This document shows, piece by piece, positions 1-9,335 of a DNA stretch of 64,000 nucleotides. The notes under the pieces are model-generated. The model had not been told where the DNA came from. It saw only the letters and a program-made list of their open reading frames with translations, and ran no database searches. The first letter of the stretch is position 1; every line of letters begins with the position of its first letter. Location: the NCBI GenBank assembly GCA_963664825.1, contig OY761614.1, positions 1,568,001 through 1,632,000 of the forward strand. Direction: 5' to 3'. Made by a program: the position numbers and the translations under genes. The DNA is from an uncultured Holophaga sp. GTDB taxonomy: Bacteria; Acidobacteriota; Holophagae; Holophagales; Holophagaceae.

Positions 1-745
1 CGAAGGAACCGTAGGTGATGCCCTCGTAGAGCCCGCCCTTATCCTTGCTGCCGGGATCCTCGGAGTAGGTCTTGGCCACGGCCTCCCAGGTTCCCCCGTC
101 GGCCAGGGCCTTGGCAGCCAGCGCGATGCGGGCCTTGGCTTCCTCTTCGGTGTAGCCCTTGGCGTCCTTGGGGGCGTCGGCGGCCTTGATGCCCACCAGG
201 ATGTGGCGGGCATTGAAGGATTCGGGAGTCTTGAACTGCTCCGGGTATTTCGCGTAGTAGGCCTTCACCTCCGCCTCGTCGACGTTGAGCTTGGACCGGA
301 GAGTCTCGCCGTCCCGCTGCAGGAGTTCCTGGACGAGGATCTGCATCTCCATGAGTTCCATCTTCCGGCGGAAATCGGGCTGCTTATCCATGCCCTGTTT
401 ACGCGCGGCGGCCTGCATCACCTTGGTGTCCAGGAACTGCTTCCGGTAGGGATCCTTGGCGCCTTGCACCATCTCGATCTGCATCCGCTGCTGGGGATTG
501 AGGGCCAGGGAGAGGAAGAGCTCGAAGTCGGATTCCCGCACCACCTGGCCTCCGATGGTGGCCAGGGCCTTGTCTTCCTTCTTCTTGGGAATGGCCTTGA
601 GGGCGGGTTTCTTGGCTTCGGGGGCAGGCGTCTTGGCCTCCACCTTGGGCGCGGGCGTGACCCCAGCGGGCTGCTTAGCCTCGGGGGCGGGAGTCTGGGC
701 GGCCAGGACGGCAGCGGTGAGCGTGATCAGGGCGTAACGGAGCAT
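1..745 (-). CDS. PpiC/parvulin-type peptidyl-prolyl cis-trans isomerase, exported (runs off the window edge)
   Basis: Manual translation from ATG at 745: signal peptide MLRYALITLTAAVLA, Pro/Lys-rich linker, then FNARHILVG...AVAKTYSEDPGSKDKGG rotamase motifs. RBS GAGGA upstream. Not in the ORF track because it is open-ended. Confidence 0.85.
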   Translation of the reverse strand, partial: MLRYALITLTAAVLAAQTPAPEAKQPAGVTPAPKVEAKTPAPEAKKPALKAIPKKKEDKALATIGGQVVRESDFELFLSLALNPQQRMQIEMVQGAKDPYRKQFLDTKVMQAAARKQGMDKQPDFRRKMELMEMQILVQELLQRDGETLRSKLNVDEAEVKAYYAKYPEQFKTPESFNARHILVGIKAADAPKDAKGYTEEEAKARIALAAKALADGGTWEAVAKTYSEDPGSKDKGGLYEGITYGSF

Positions 746-766
746 GTGATTCCTCGTGGTAGTTCG

Positions 767-1453
767 TTAGTTGCGGCGGCCGCCGAGCAGGTTCAGGAGG
801 TGAATGAAGATGAGGTAGAGACTCACGAAGAGGGACAGGGCGAAGCCCGCCGCATTGCCGTGATCGGTGGTGCGAAGCATGGCGCTGGTATCCCAGAGGA
901 TCTTGGCCGAACAGGCCAGCACGACGATCACCGAGATCAGAAGGCTGAGCATGGGCAGGTGGACGAAGAAACCCACCAGGGAACCGATGACGGCGATCAC
1001 CAGGCCCACGAGCACGAAGCTTTGGAGGAAGGAAAAATCCTTCCGGGTCACGAAGGCCGTGAGCGTCAGGGCCAGGAAGGCTCCGACGGTCATCCCGAAT
1101 GCCGTGAGCACCACGCCGATCCCGGTTTGGGCGGCGATGGCCAGGGAGAAGAGGCCCGCGATGGCCCCCGACAAGTAGGTGTAGACCCCGAAGGCGAGGC
1201 GGTTCTGGGAGGGGCGCCGACTCACGGCTTGGGCCCACAGGAGCGCGCCGAATTGTCCGAAGATCAGGATGTAGAAGAAAAAACGCCCCGTGAGGGCCGC
1301 CAGGGGGCGGAAGAGGAAGGGGGCCGTGATGGCTCCCAAGCCCGCCACCACGAAGCCGCCCATCAGCCAGAGATACACGCTGCGAAGGAAGGCCACACGA
1401 TCCTCGACGCCGGAGCGTCCCGTGATCGATCTGCCTTCGAATCCGTAGTCCAT
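767..1453 (-). CDS. Bax inhibitor-1/YccA family membrane protein
   Basis: About 7 hydrophobic segments; RVAFLRSVY, RKDFSFL, ILWDT and ALSLFVSLYLIFIHLL motifs. Confidence 0.85.
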   Translation of the reverse strand: MDYGFEGRSITGRSGVEDRVAFLRSVYLWLMGGFVVAGLGAITAPFLFRPLAALTGRFFFYILIFGQFGALLWAQAVSRRPSQNRLAFGVYTYLSGAIAGLFSLAIAAQTGIGVVLTAFGMTVGAFLALTLTAFVTRKDFSFLQSFVLVGLVIAVIGSLVGFFVHLPMLSLLISVIVVLACSAKILWDTSAMLRTTDHGNAAGFALSLFVSLYLIFIHLLNLLGGRRN

Positions 1454-1587
1454 TTCAGCCTCGAACGCCCCCGGAATGGGGGAACCTTGATCTTAACATC
1501 GGCACACCTTTGCCCGCCCGGCGGGTGCGGGGGCAGACGGGTCCTGATTCCAATGGCGCCCGGGGCCGGAAGGTTCCCCGGAGGGCC

Positions 1588-2910
1588 TCAGCGAGGGGCA
1601 GGCGAATCCGCCGGGTTTCCTGGCGCCTCCGCCCAGGCCTCCAGGCCCTCGATGACATCCCGGACCCCGGGGCCGAACCTGGCATTGGAAACCCAGTCCA
1701 GCTTGGGAGGCAGGGATTCGAGCGCTCTCCGTACCCGACCCCTGTGCCCCAGCTCCGCCCGGGGGATGGCATTGGGACTGGGCGCCTCCCGGGTCTGGGA
1801 AGGTGTGGATATGGCCGGGAGCCATTGCCTGAGGCGCCCCTCCGTCCAGGCCCAGTCCTTGGGCTGTTCGGGGTGGGGGTCCTCCCAGAGCGCCGAATCG
1901 CCGATGAAGCTGCGCAGCTGCATCTGATCTGCGGGAGCGCAGCCCTTGTCGATCCAGCTGGGCACCAGCGTTCCGAGATAGGGACGCCCCGAGGGGGGAT
2001 CGATGAGGAAACCGAAACCATCGTGGTAGGGCGGCAGGATGGCGTGTCGACTATGCCAGAGCGTCACCGAGGTATAGGGAATGGTCGCCAGAGCCTCTGC
2101 ACTGGAGCTTGATAGGGGCCCCAGCAGCTCCGCCGCCGCATAGGCCGGGAGGGCCAGTATCACGCGATCAGCTTCCGAGCTCTGCCCCTCGCCATATACC
2201 CGCCACCGGTCTCCGGGCAGGGCCTCCAGGCGCAGGGCCCGCAGGCCCAGCCGCAGCTGGGGTAGGAGGGCAGCCAGGCGAAGCGTGAGGGCTCCCATGC
2301 CGCCCTCGGGCACCTTCAGATGGCTGATGCCGCTCTTGCGTACGCCATTGAAGAGGCTGCCGTAGGACTCCCAGTGCCGCAGCATGGGGATGGCGTCGAC
2401 GCTCAGCAGATGGGGCGGCGCGGCCAGGATGCCGGCCACCATCGCTGGCAGCAGCTCCGAAGCCATGCCTCGTCCCGCCCGCCGGGCGATGAAATCGAAG
2501 AGCCCCTCCTCGGGTTCGGCGGGCCTCGGGGCCTGGAAGGGCTCCAGACACATGCGGAGCTTGGTGGACCAGCTCATCAGATCGCTGGTCAGGAGCCCCA
2601 CGGGATGAGCGGGCACGGGGATGAGGCGCCCCTTCTTCCCCACCCAGCGGGCGCCCTTGCCGGGGCTCTTGAGGGGCAGCTCGAGCTTGTTGAAGAGTCT
2701 TTCGGCGGGACTACCGGCCCTCACCAGGATGCCCTGGGGGCCCTTCTCCAGGTGGCCCGGGCGACCATCCTCCGTGGGCCAGGGGAGCGTCTGCACCCAG
2801 CCTCCGACCACCGGCTCGGCCTCCCAGACCTCCACGGCCTCCCCCCGTTCATGCAGGTGCCAGGCCGCCAGAAGGCCCGTGATGCCGCCGCCGAGAATGA
2901 GTGTGGTCAT
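1588..2910 (-). CDS. hemY: Protoporphyrinogen/coproporphyrinogen oxidase, HemY type (FAD)
   Basis: Start trimmed to MTTLILGGGITGL (GxGxxG FAD motif); WEAEPVVGGWVQT, LEKGP and GFGFLI motifs; overlaps the hemH stop. Confidence 0.85.
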   Translation of the reverse strand: MTTLILGGGITGLLAAWHLHERGEAVEVWEAEPVVGGWVQTLPWPTEDGRPGHLEKGPQGILVRAGSPAERLFNKLELPLKSPGKGARWVGKKGRLIPVPAHPVGLLTSDLMSWSTKLRMCLEPFQAPRPAEPEEGLFDFIARRAGRGMASELLPAMVAGILAAPPHLLSVDAIPMLRHWESYGSLFNGVRKSGISHLKVPEGGMGALTLRLAALLPQLRLGLRALRLEALPGDRWRVYGEGQSSEADRVILALPAYAAAELLGPLSSSSAEALATIPYTSVTLWHSRHAILPPYHDGFGFLIDPPSGRPYLGTLVPSWIDKGCAPADQMQLRSFIGDSALWEDPHPEQPKDWAWTEGRLRQWLPAISTPSQTREAPSPNAIPRAELGHRGRVRRALESLPPKLDWVSNARFGPGVRDVIEGLEAWAEAPGNPADSPAPR

Positions 2911-3881
2911 GATTTCGCTCGCTTCAATGCCTCCAGTGTCCTCCGAAGCAGGCACTGAATGAAGGCAGGATGCACACCCGGTGCGGGCACCCGCAGGTAG
3001 CGCGGGAGGCCCAGTCTTGCGGCCAGCCCTCGGTATTGGATATCGAGTTCGTGCAGGGTCTCCAGATGCTCACTCACGAAGCTCAGGGGCAGGACCACCA
3101 CTTCCCGCCCGGTGAGCTGCTCCAGCACCTTCCCCAGGGAGGGGGAGAGCCACTTCATGGGCCCCACACGGCTCTGGTAGCCCAGGCGGTATCCCCCGGG
3201 GATGGCGCCCAGGAGCGCCTTCAGGCCCTCCACCGTGGCGCCGATCTCCTGCTCGTAGGGATCCCCCGCCTCGATCAGCTTCAACGGCAGGCCGTGGGCG
3301 CTGAAGACCACGGTGGCCTCGGGGGCCTGGGCCAGTGTCTGGCGGAGATTATCCGCCATGGCCGAGAGGTATAGGGGGTCCGCGGCGTAGTGGAGGACGC
3401 CCGGCAGGACTTCCATGCCCGCGGCCCTGGCTTCTCGCGCCAACTCCCCCAGGCTGGAACCCGTGGTGGCGCGGCAATCGTGTGGATAGAGCGTGACGGG
3501 CAGGATGCGCTTCACCCCTTGAGCCTTCAGGGAGCGCAGGAGTCCCCTCGCCCGGGGGGGGGCGTAGCGGAAGCAGAGGACCACCTTCTCCGATCGTCCC
3601 TCTTCCCGCAGGGCCTTCCTCAGCGCCGTGGCCTGGGCCGCGGATTCCCGCAGGATGGGGCTGCCTCCCCCGATCTCTCCATAGCGCCTCTGAACCTTCT
3701 TGAGCCTCAAGGCAACGAGGAGGCGCGCCAGCAGGGGCTGCAGAAAGGCGGGCCCCAGGCTGATGAGCTCCCGGTCGTTGAAGAGATTGAGCAGGAAGGG
3801 ACGCACATCGTCCTGCCTCAGCGGACCGCCGAGGTTCATCAGGACGATGGCGGTATCGCTTGTGCTGGGCGTAGTGGTCAT
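2907..3881 (-). CDS. hemH: Ferrochelatase
   Basis: VLMNLGGP, IGGGSPI, FSAHGLP, GDPY, YQSRVGPMKWL and FVSEHLETLHELD motifs. Confidence 0.92.
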   Translation of the reverse strand: MTTTPSTSDTAIVLMNLGGPLRQDDVRPFLLNLFNDRELISLGPAFLQPLLARLLVALRLKKVQRRYGEIGGGSPILRESAAQATALRKALREEGRSEKVVLCFRYAPPRARGLLRSLKAQGVKRILPVTLYPHDCRATTGSSLGELAREARAAGMEVLPGVLHYAADPLYLSAMADNLRQTLAQAPEATVVFSAHGLPLKLIEAGDPYEQEIGATVEGLKALLGAIPGGYRLGYQSRVGPMKWLSPSLGKVLEQLTGREVVVLPLSFVSEHLETLHELDIQYRGLAARLGLPRYLRVPAPGVHPAFIQCLLRRTLEALKRAKS

Positions 3882-3885
3882 AGGT

Positions 3886-4762
3886 TCACTCGGTAGCCCT
3901 GAATGCCTGTCGCCACACAGGCTCACTTGGGAAGACATACCGAACCTCGATGGAATATTTCTTCCCTCCGAACCGCACGGCCGAATTTATAGGAAGTCGT
4001 TTCAAAAAAGCGCAGGAGTTTTTCGGGATCCTTTTGATCGACATAAGCTGAGATTCTATGTGGAAAAACACGAACAAATTTTGATCCAGGTTGAGGTAAA
4101 TCCGTAGGCCATGGCATGCCCTTCCCTTTAGCGTGTGGGAAAGGCCAGAGGACTGCTTCCATGTACAAGGGAACCCACACCTGGCTTGGTCTTCCAGACA
4201 CCTCTCTGAGCCTATTGAAGACTTTCCCGAGTTGCCCCGGAAGGACCGGCTCTGGTCTGTCGCTCTTGCTACTTTCAGGCTCGAGCCGTTCCATTTCTCT
4301 CACCATGGAGCTGGTAATGGAGGGCCCTTCCAGGGTCCAGGCATAAAGGCGAGTCACCATCGTCTGCTCCTTGGTCCGGAAGAAAACTCGGAGCTCTGGC
4401 TGATCTGTAATTTTCCAAGGGGCAAGGTCGTACCTTGCCTTGAAACCCCCAACAGGAACTGTCTCTCTAAACAAGTTGAGCAACGATTCCATGTCGTTAG
4501 CAGGGAGTTGGCTAGCTCGATACCGAAGAATGTCCTTGGCGCTGTGGTCCTGGAAGACGAATAGACCATTTTGGTATAAGACGTAAGCCGGGGTTTCTCC
4601 CTCCACAACCATGCCCCAAGGCTGAGTCTGAAGGACCACCAGGATGGGTGCAGGTCCCTTGAAGGGACCGAAGGCTTCGGCACCGCAGAGGGCAGAAAAG
4701 GTTCCAATGCAAAATGCTACCCATCGGATGGCCCACAGGATCGAAGATCTACTGGTGGGCAT
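3886..4762 (-). pseudogene. Exported hypothetical protein, apparently frameshifted at a T6 tract (4004-4009)
   Basis: ORF 3923..4762 has a signal-like N-terminus. Removing one T joins it to the frame of ORF 3886..4077 (...LRFLKRLPINSAVRFGGKKYSIEVRYVFPSEPVWRQAF), which ends 4 bp before hemH. Region is more AT-rich than the flanks. Confidence 0.55.
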
Positions 4763-4765
4763 GGT

Positions 4766-6136
4766 CTATACCGTCCTGCTGAACGCCGTATTCGGCGACA
4801 GGCGCTTGAGGTAGGCGTCGAAGGGCATGGCGAGATTGCGCACGAAGCGCTTGCCCAGTTCCGTCACGAAGACCCCCTCCTGCCGCAGTTCCACTGTGCC
4901 CAGGGGTACTTCGGCCTTCAGCTCTGCCAGGGCCTCGGCGAAGTGGGTGGGGCCGTCCACATCCCATTTCGCCTTCAGCTCGTCCCAGCGCACTTGAAAA
5001 CTGCCCATGAGGCGGTGGATGACCCAGCGGCGCAGTTCGTCCTCCCGGGAGAGTCGGCAACCCTTGCGGGTGGCGAAGTGTCCGCCCAGCACGGCGCGCT
5101 CCCACCGGGCGAGGTTCTTTTCGTTTTGGGCGTAGACGCCGCCGATATTGGAAATGGCCGTGGGCCCCAGGCCCAGGCTATCGCTCCCCGCCTGCACGGC
5201 GTAGCCCATGAAATTGCGGATGAGGCGGCCCTCCTGCAGGGCCTTGGCCAGGGCGTCGCCGGGGCGGGCGAAGTGATCCATGCCGATGGCGAGATAGCCA
5301 TGGGATTCTAGGATCTCGGTGGCCATGAGCAGCAGCTCCAGGCGCAGCTCCGGCGAAGGCAGGGTGGCTGGGGGAATGCGGCGCTGGCGGGCCATCAGCT
5401 TCGGCATGTAGGCGAAGCCGTAGATGGCCATGCGGTCCGGCGATAGCTCCAGCAGGGCCTCCAGGCTGCGCCGGAAGGTATCCAGGGTCTGACCCGGTAG
5501 GCCATAGACCAGATCCAGGTTGATGCCCTGGAATCCCAAGGCCCGGGCCTGCTGGACCGCGCTCCGGGTATGCTCCCAGGTCTGGCCCCGGCCGATGAGC
5601 TCCTGGACGCCTTCGTCCAGATCCTGCACGCCGCAGGAGACGCGGTTGAAACCGAGTTCCCGGAGCAACGGGAGCCGATCGGCCTCCAGGGAGGTGGGAT
5701 CGACTTCCAGGGCCACTTCCGCCCCCGGCAGCAGGGGGAAGCGCTCGGTGATGCAGCGGAAGAGGCGCCTCAGTTCAGGCGCCTTCAGATACGTGGGCGT
5801 GCCGCCTCCCCAGTGAAGCTGGATGACGTCTCGGCGCTGGGGCAGGCGATGGGCCCAAAGTCCCACTTCGGTCTCCAGGGCCGCCATGTAGGCCTCCACG
5901 GGACCGTAGCGCGGACTGGCCACCGCGCTGCACCCACAGTACGTGCAGCGCCGCTGGCAGAAGGGGACGTGGACATAGATGGAGAGGGGCCCTGTGCCTT
6001 CGTTGGCTCGACCGAGAGCGGCCTGAAGGTTCTCCTCCGGGAAGGGTTCGCTCCAGGCTGGAGGCATGGGATAGCCCGTGTACCGCGGGCCGGGGCGGTC
6101 GTAGTGACGGACGAGTTCGGAGAGTGTGGGCTGCAT
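4766..6136 (-). CDS. hemN: Oxygen-independent coproporphyrinogen III oxidase (radical SAM)
   Basis: GPRYTGYP N-terminus, YVHVPFCQRRCTYCGC, HWGGGTPT, IGMDHFA, RNFMGY and C-terminal FSRTV. Confidence 0.93.
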   Translation of the reverse strand: MQPTLSELVRHYDRPGPRYTGYPMPPAWSEPFPEENLQAALGRANEGTGPLSIYVHVPFCQRRCTYCGCSAVASPRYGPVEAYMAALETEVGLWAHRLPQRRDVIQLHWGGGTPTYLKAPELRRLFRCITERFPLLPGAEVALEVDPTSLEADRLPLLRELGFNRVSCGVQDLDEGVQELIGRGQTWEHTRSAVQQARALGFQGINLDLVYGLPGQTLDTFRRSLEALLELSPDRMAIYGFAYMPKLMARQRRIPPATLPSPELRLELLLMATEILESHGYLAIGMDHFARPGDALAKALQEGRLIRNFMGYAVQAGSDSLGLGPTAISNIGGVYAQNEKNLARWERAVLGGHFATRKGCRLSREDELRRWVIHRLMGSFQVRWDELKAKWDVDGPTHFAEALAELKAEVPLGTVELRQEGVFVTELGKRFVRNLAMPFDAYLKRLSPNTAFSRTV

Positions 6137-6177
6137 GGAGCCTGATTATCCCTCGAAGATCCCAGGGAGATGGGAAG

Positions 6178-6422
6178 AGCTTCCCGGAGTGCACCTTGCT
6201 GTCGGGCACTTCGGGACGCTGCCACTCGTGCTGGCGGGTCCCAGCTCCGGGCGCATGCGCCCTTCGCTACCCGCTTCAGCACTCGCCTCGGCAGCTACCC
6301 GGAGTGCACCTTACTGTCGGGCACTCCGGGACGCAAGGCGTTCCAGTTCGGGCTTTGCCCGAGCCTAGCCCGCCCTGCTTTACGCTGCCTCGTGCTTCGG
6401 CAGCTACCCGGAGTGCACCTTT
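6178..6422. repeat. Tandem REP/BIME-like palindromic repeats (2 full copies plus 1 partial)
   Basis: CCCGGAGTGCACCTTRCTGTCGGGCACTYCGGGACGC at 6183 and 6298, partial copy at 6407. Copies 2 and 3 are preceded by CGGCAGCTA. Internal 10-bp inverted repeat; the intervening sequences differ and are themselves hairpins. Confidence 0.8.
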
Positions 6423-6423
6423 T

Positions 6424-7851
6424 TTAGAACCTCAGGTCGCGCTCTCCGGCTCGGATGCGTGCGAGGAAGGCCTGGGCGGCTTCCCGGGCCTTGGGGTTGG
6501 AGATGGCCTCCAGTTCCCGGGCGATGGTCGCCTCCCCCATCTGCCGCAGCTCGGCGTCGCCATAGTCCTCGATGAATTCCTGGAGGGTGAGCATGGCGTT
6601 GGGCTGGCAGACATTGGAGATCTGCCCGGTCTTGGCCAGGCGCATGAAGCGGTCCCCCGTGCGCCCTTCCCGGTAGCAGGCCGTGCAGTAGCTGGGGATG
6701 TAGCCATCCCGCAGGAGTTCCTTGAGCACTTCCATGGGGGAGCGGTGGTCCTCAGGCTCGAACTGGGGCACGGTCTCCTCGAATCCCAGCTTGTGGGCGT
6801 GGGCATAGCCTCCCACTCCCGTGCAGGAACCGGCGCTCACCTGGGAAATGCCCAGGGCGATGACCTCTTCCCGGTATCCGACGGGCTCCCGGGTGGAGAG
6901 CAACATGCCCGTGTAGGGCACGGCCAGGCGAAGCACGGCCACCACCTTCTTGAAGTCGTCGTCGGAGACCAGATGGGGATAGTCCTTGGCGTTCACCCCC
7001 GTGGCGGCGCGGATGCGGGGCACGGACAGGGTGTGGGGCCCCACCCCCCGGGCCGCCTCCAGATGCTCGGCATGCATGAGCAGGCCCAGGGTGTCGTATT
7101 TCCAGTCGTAGAGGCCGTAGAGCACGCCCAGGCCCACATCGTCGATGCCTGCCTCCATGGCGCGGTCCTGGGATTCCGTGTGGTACTCGTAGTTCCGTTT
7201 GGGGCCGCCCTGGTGGACCTCCAGGTACGTGGGCTTGTGGTAGGTCTCCTGGAAGAGGATGTAGGTGCCGATGCCCACATCCTTCAGGCGCTTGTAGTTC
7301 TCCACCGTCGTGGCCGCGATATTGACGTTGACGCGCCGGATGGCGCCGTTATCGCACTTGAGGCTGTAGATGGTGCGGATGCACTCCTCGATGTACTCGA
7401 TGGGGCAGTTCACGGGATCTTCCCCGGCCTCCAGGGCCAGGCGCTTGTGACCCAGGCCCTCCAGCACCCGCACCTCCTCGGCCAGTTCCTGCTGGCTGAG
7501 GCGATGGCGCTTCATGCCGTTGTCGTGGTTGTAGCCGCAGTAGCGACAGCGGTTGACGCAGAAGTCCGAGAGATAGAGGGGCGCGAACATCACGATGCGC
7601 CGCCCGTAGATGTGCTCCTTCACCTTCCGGGCCAGGGCGAATATCTCCGCCAGGACCTCCGGGGCCTCCACGTTCAACAGGACGGCGGCCTCCCGGTGGC
7701 TGAGGCCCTTGAATTGGGCGGCCTTCTCAAGGATGGCCTGCACCCGGGCCGGGTCCTTCGCCTCGGTGGAGGCCTGGGCCAGGCTCTCCAGGATCTCGGC
7801 ATCATCAATGAAGGTGCCGGCCTTCGGGGATTTGGGATCGTAGGTCATCAT
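6424..7851 (-). CDS. hydG: [FeFe]-hydrogenase H-cluster radical SAM maturase HydG
   Basis: FAPLYLSDFCVNRCRYC, LFQETYH, GPHTLSVPR and the C-terminal CX2CX22C auxiliary-cluster motif (CTAC...NVC), which ThiH lacks. Confidence 0.9.
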   Translation of the reverse strand: MMTYDPKSPKAGTFIDDAEILESLAQASTEAKDPARVQAILEKAAQFKGLSHREAAVLLNVEAPEVLAEIFALARKVKEHIYGRRIVMFAPLYLSDFCVNRCRYCGYNHDNGMKRHRLSQQELAEEVRVLEGLGHKRLALEAGEDPVNCPIEYIEECIRTIYSLKCDNGAIRRVNVNIAATTVENYKRLKDVGIGTYILFQETYHKPTYLEVHQGGPKRNYEYHTESQDRAMEAGIDDVGLGVLYGLYDWKYDTLGLLMHAEHLEAARGVGPHTLSVPRIRAATGVNAKDYPHLVSDDDFKKVVAVLRLAVPYTGMLLSTREPVGYREEVIALGISQVSAGSCTGVGGYAHAHKLGFEETVPQFEPEDHRSPMEVLKELLRDGYIPSYCTACYREGRTGDRFMRLAKTGQISNVCQPNAMLTLQEFIEDYGDAELRQMGEATIARELEAISNPKAREAAQAFLARIRAGERDLRF

Positions 7852-8147
7852 GCCTCCTCGGCTGTCTGCTTGGATGCTGTGGGAGCGGGGCTGTGCATCT
7901 CCCGCGCGAGAGCGGTCTTCACGGAAGTGCCATGCACCCGCCCCAGGCGCCCGGTGAGGGCGCTGATCTCGTCGGTACTGCCGTCCACGATGAGGGACAT
8001 GATCGAGAGGCCGCGCTCCCGGTACGGGATGCCCATGCGGCCCACGATGATGCCGGCGAAATCGTGCAGGATGGCATTGATCTCGGAAGCGGCCTCGAAG
8101 CGCTCCACCACGATCCCCACCACGCCGACACGCTTCTGGTCTTCCAT
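7848..8147 (-). CDS. TM1266-family iron-only hydrogenase system putative regulator (ACT-like)
   Basis: RVGVVGIVVE...INAILH...IVGRMGIPY...ISALTGRLG; overlaps the hydG start, the usual arrangement for this family. Confidence 0.85.
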   Translation of the reverse strand: MEDQKRVGVVGIVVERFEAASEINAILHDFAGIIVGRMGIPYRERGLSIMSLIVDGSTDEISALTGRLGRVHGTSVKTALAREMHSPAPTASKQTAEEA

Positions 8148-8297
8148 GGACGCCCTCGATGTCTCCCCGTTTCCGCAGGTGGGAGGGCGCAAGCTGCCTT
8201 AGCGCTTCCTCCCGCTCGGGTCTTTCGAGCTTCGCGGTCGGGATATTTGTTGAAGGACCAGCGGCGGAACGGATCCCGGGGCCGGAACGCTTCGATT

Positions 8298-9317
8298 CTA
8301 GCCCCGGCTGGGGCGAGTGGGGGAAGAACCTTCCTTCACGGCCTCGATCACCGCGCCCACCACCTCGGGATCGGTCTCGGGTAGGAGACCGTGGCCCAGG
8401 TTGAAGATATGGGGATGGCCCGCCATGGCCTCCACGATGGTCCGGGCCTTGCGGCAGGCCACATCCTTTCCCGCCAGCAGGGCGCAGGGATCCAGATTCC
8501 CCTGGAGCACCTTGTTGGGGAAGCGCCTCCGGGCTTCCAGGATGGGCACCTGCCAGGGCACGGCCAGCCCCTCGCAGGGCAGGGCCTCCAGGGCCTGATG
8601 CAGGTAGCCCGTGCGGGCGTAGAAGAGCCGGGGGGCCCCTTCCACCTGGGCCAGGGCGCGCTCCGCGGCAGGCAAGGCGAATTCAGCGTAATCCTCGGGA
8701 TCCAGTTCCCCGGCCCAGGTGTCGAAGAGCTGGACGGCCTGGGCGCCGGCCTGGATTTGGAGATTCAGCAGCCGCGCGGCAGCGTCCGCCAGGCGATCCA
8801 GCCAGGCCTTGGCCCGGACGGGTTCGGCATGGAGGAAGGCCTTGGCCCGGGTCCAGTTCTTCGATCCCCTGCCCTCGAGGCCGTAGGCCAGCAGCGTCCA
8901 GGGCGCTCCGGCAAATCCCAGCAGGGCCACCTGTTCGGGCAGGGCGGCCTTCGTCTTGCGGAGGGCCGCCTGCACGGGTTCGAAGACCGATTCATCCAGG
9001 AGCCTATCCAGGGGGATCTGGTCGAGGGTCTTCCCCAGCCGGGGCCCCCCCTCGGGCACCGTGACCGCGCAGCCCAGGGCCTCCAGGATCACGAGGATAT
9101 CGCTGAAGATGATGGCGCCATCCAGTTGCGGGAAGCGCCGCAGGGGCTGGAGCGTGACTTCGGCGGCCAGATCGGAATCGTAGAGCAGCTCTTCGAAGGT
9201 GACCTTCGAACGCAGGGCCCTATATTCCGGCAGGAAGCGCCCCGCCTGGCGCATGAACCAGACGGGGGGCGTGGCCAGGGCTTCGCCCTGGAGGACCCGG
9301 ATCAGAGGCTGGGCCAC
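8298..9317 (-). CDS. hemE: Uroporphyrinogen decarboxylase
   Basis: PVWFMRQAGRFLPEYR, AIIFSDIL, GFAGAPWTL, QGNLDP and HIFNLGHG motifs. Confidence 0.95.
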   Translation of the reverse strand: MAQPLIRVLQGEALATPPVWFMRQAGRFLPEYRALRSKVTFEELLYDSDLAAEVTLQPLRRFPQLDGAIIFSDILVILEALGCAVTVPEGGPRLGKTLDQIPLDRLLDESVFEPVQAALRKTKAALPEQVALLGFAGAPWTLLAYGLEGRGSKNWTRAKAFLHAEPVRAKAWLDRLADAAARLLNLQIQAGAQAVQLFDTWAGELDPEDYAEFALPAAERALAQVEGAPRLFYARTGYLHQALEALPCEGLAVPWQVPILEARRRFPNKVLQGNLDPCALLAGKDVACRKARTIVEAMAGHPHIFNLGHGLLPETDPEVVGAVIEAVKEGSSPTRPSRG

Positions 9318-9335
9318 GGTCCTTCCCGCAGGCCT

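Noticed and set aside
203..1927. Long antisense or alternative-frame ORFs (for example 203..1927, 6124..8202, 13050..14681, 19413..20900, 27195..28811, 41037..42422, 53231..54643)
   Set aside because: Shadow ORFs of well-supported genes, expected at high GC; no recognisable motifs
3554..3562. G9 homopolymer in hemH as a phase-variation switch
   Set aside because: It is in frame (YAPPR) in a core metabolic gene, and G/C runs are common at this GC content
6178..6422. CRISPR array
   Set aside because: Only 2.5 repeats; spacers are 60-78 bp and self-complementary; no AT-rich leader or cas gene in the window
6424..7851. ThiH (thiazole synthesis) call
   Set aside because: The C-terminal CX2CX22C motif and the TM1266 neighbour point to HydG; no thi genes or TPP riboswitch nearby
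8148..8297. Moco or guanidine-I riboswitch
   Set aside because: Only short fragments resemble either consensus; the core motifs are not in the right order
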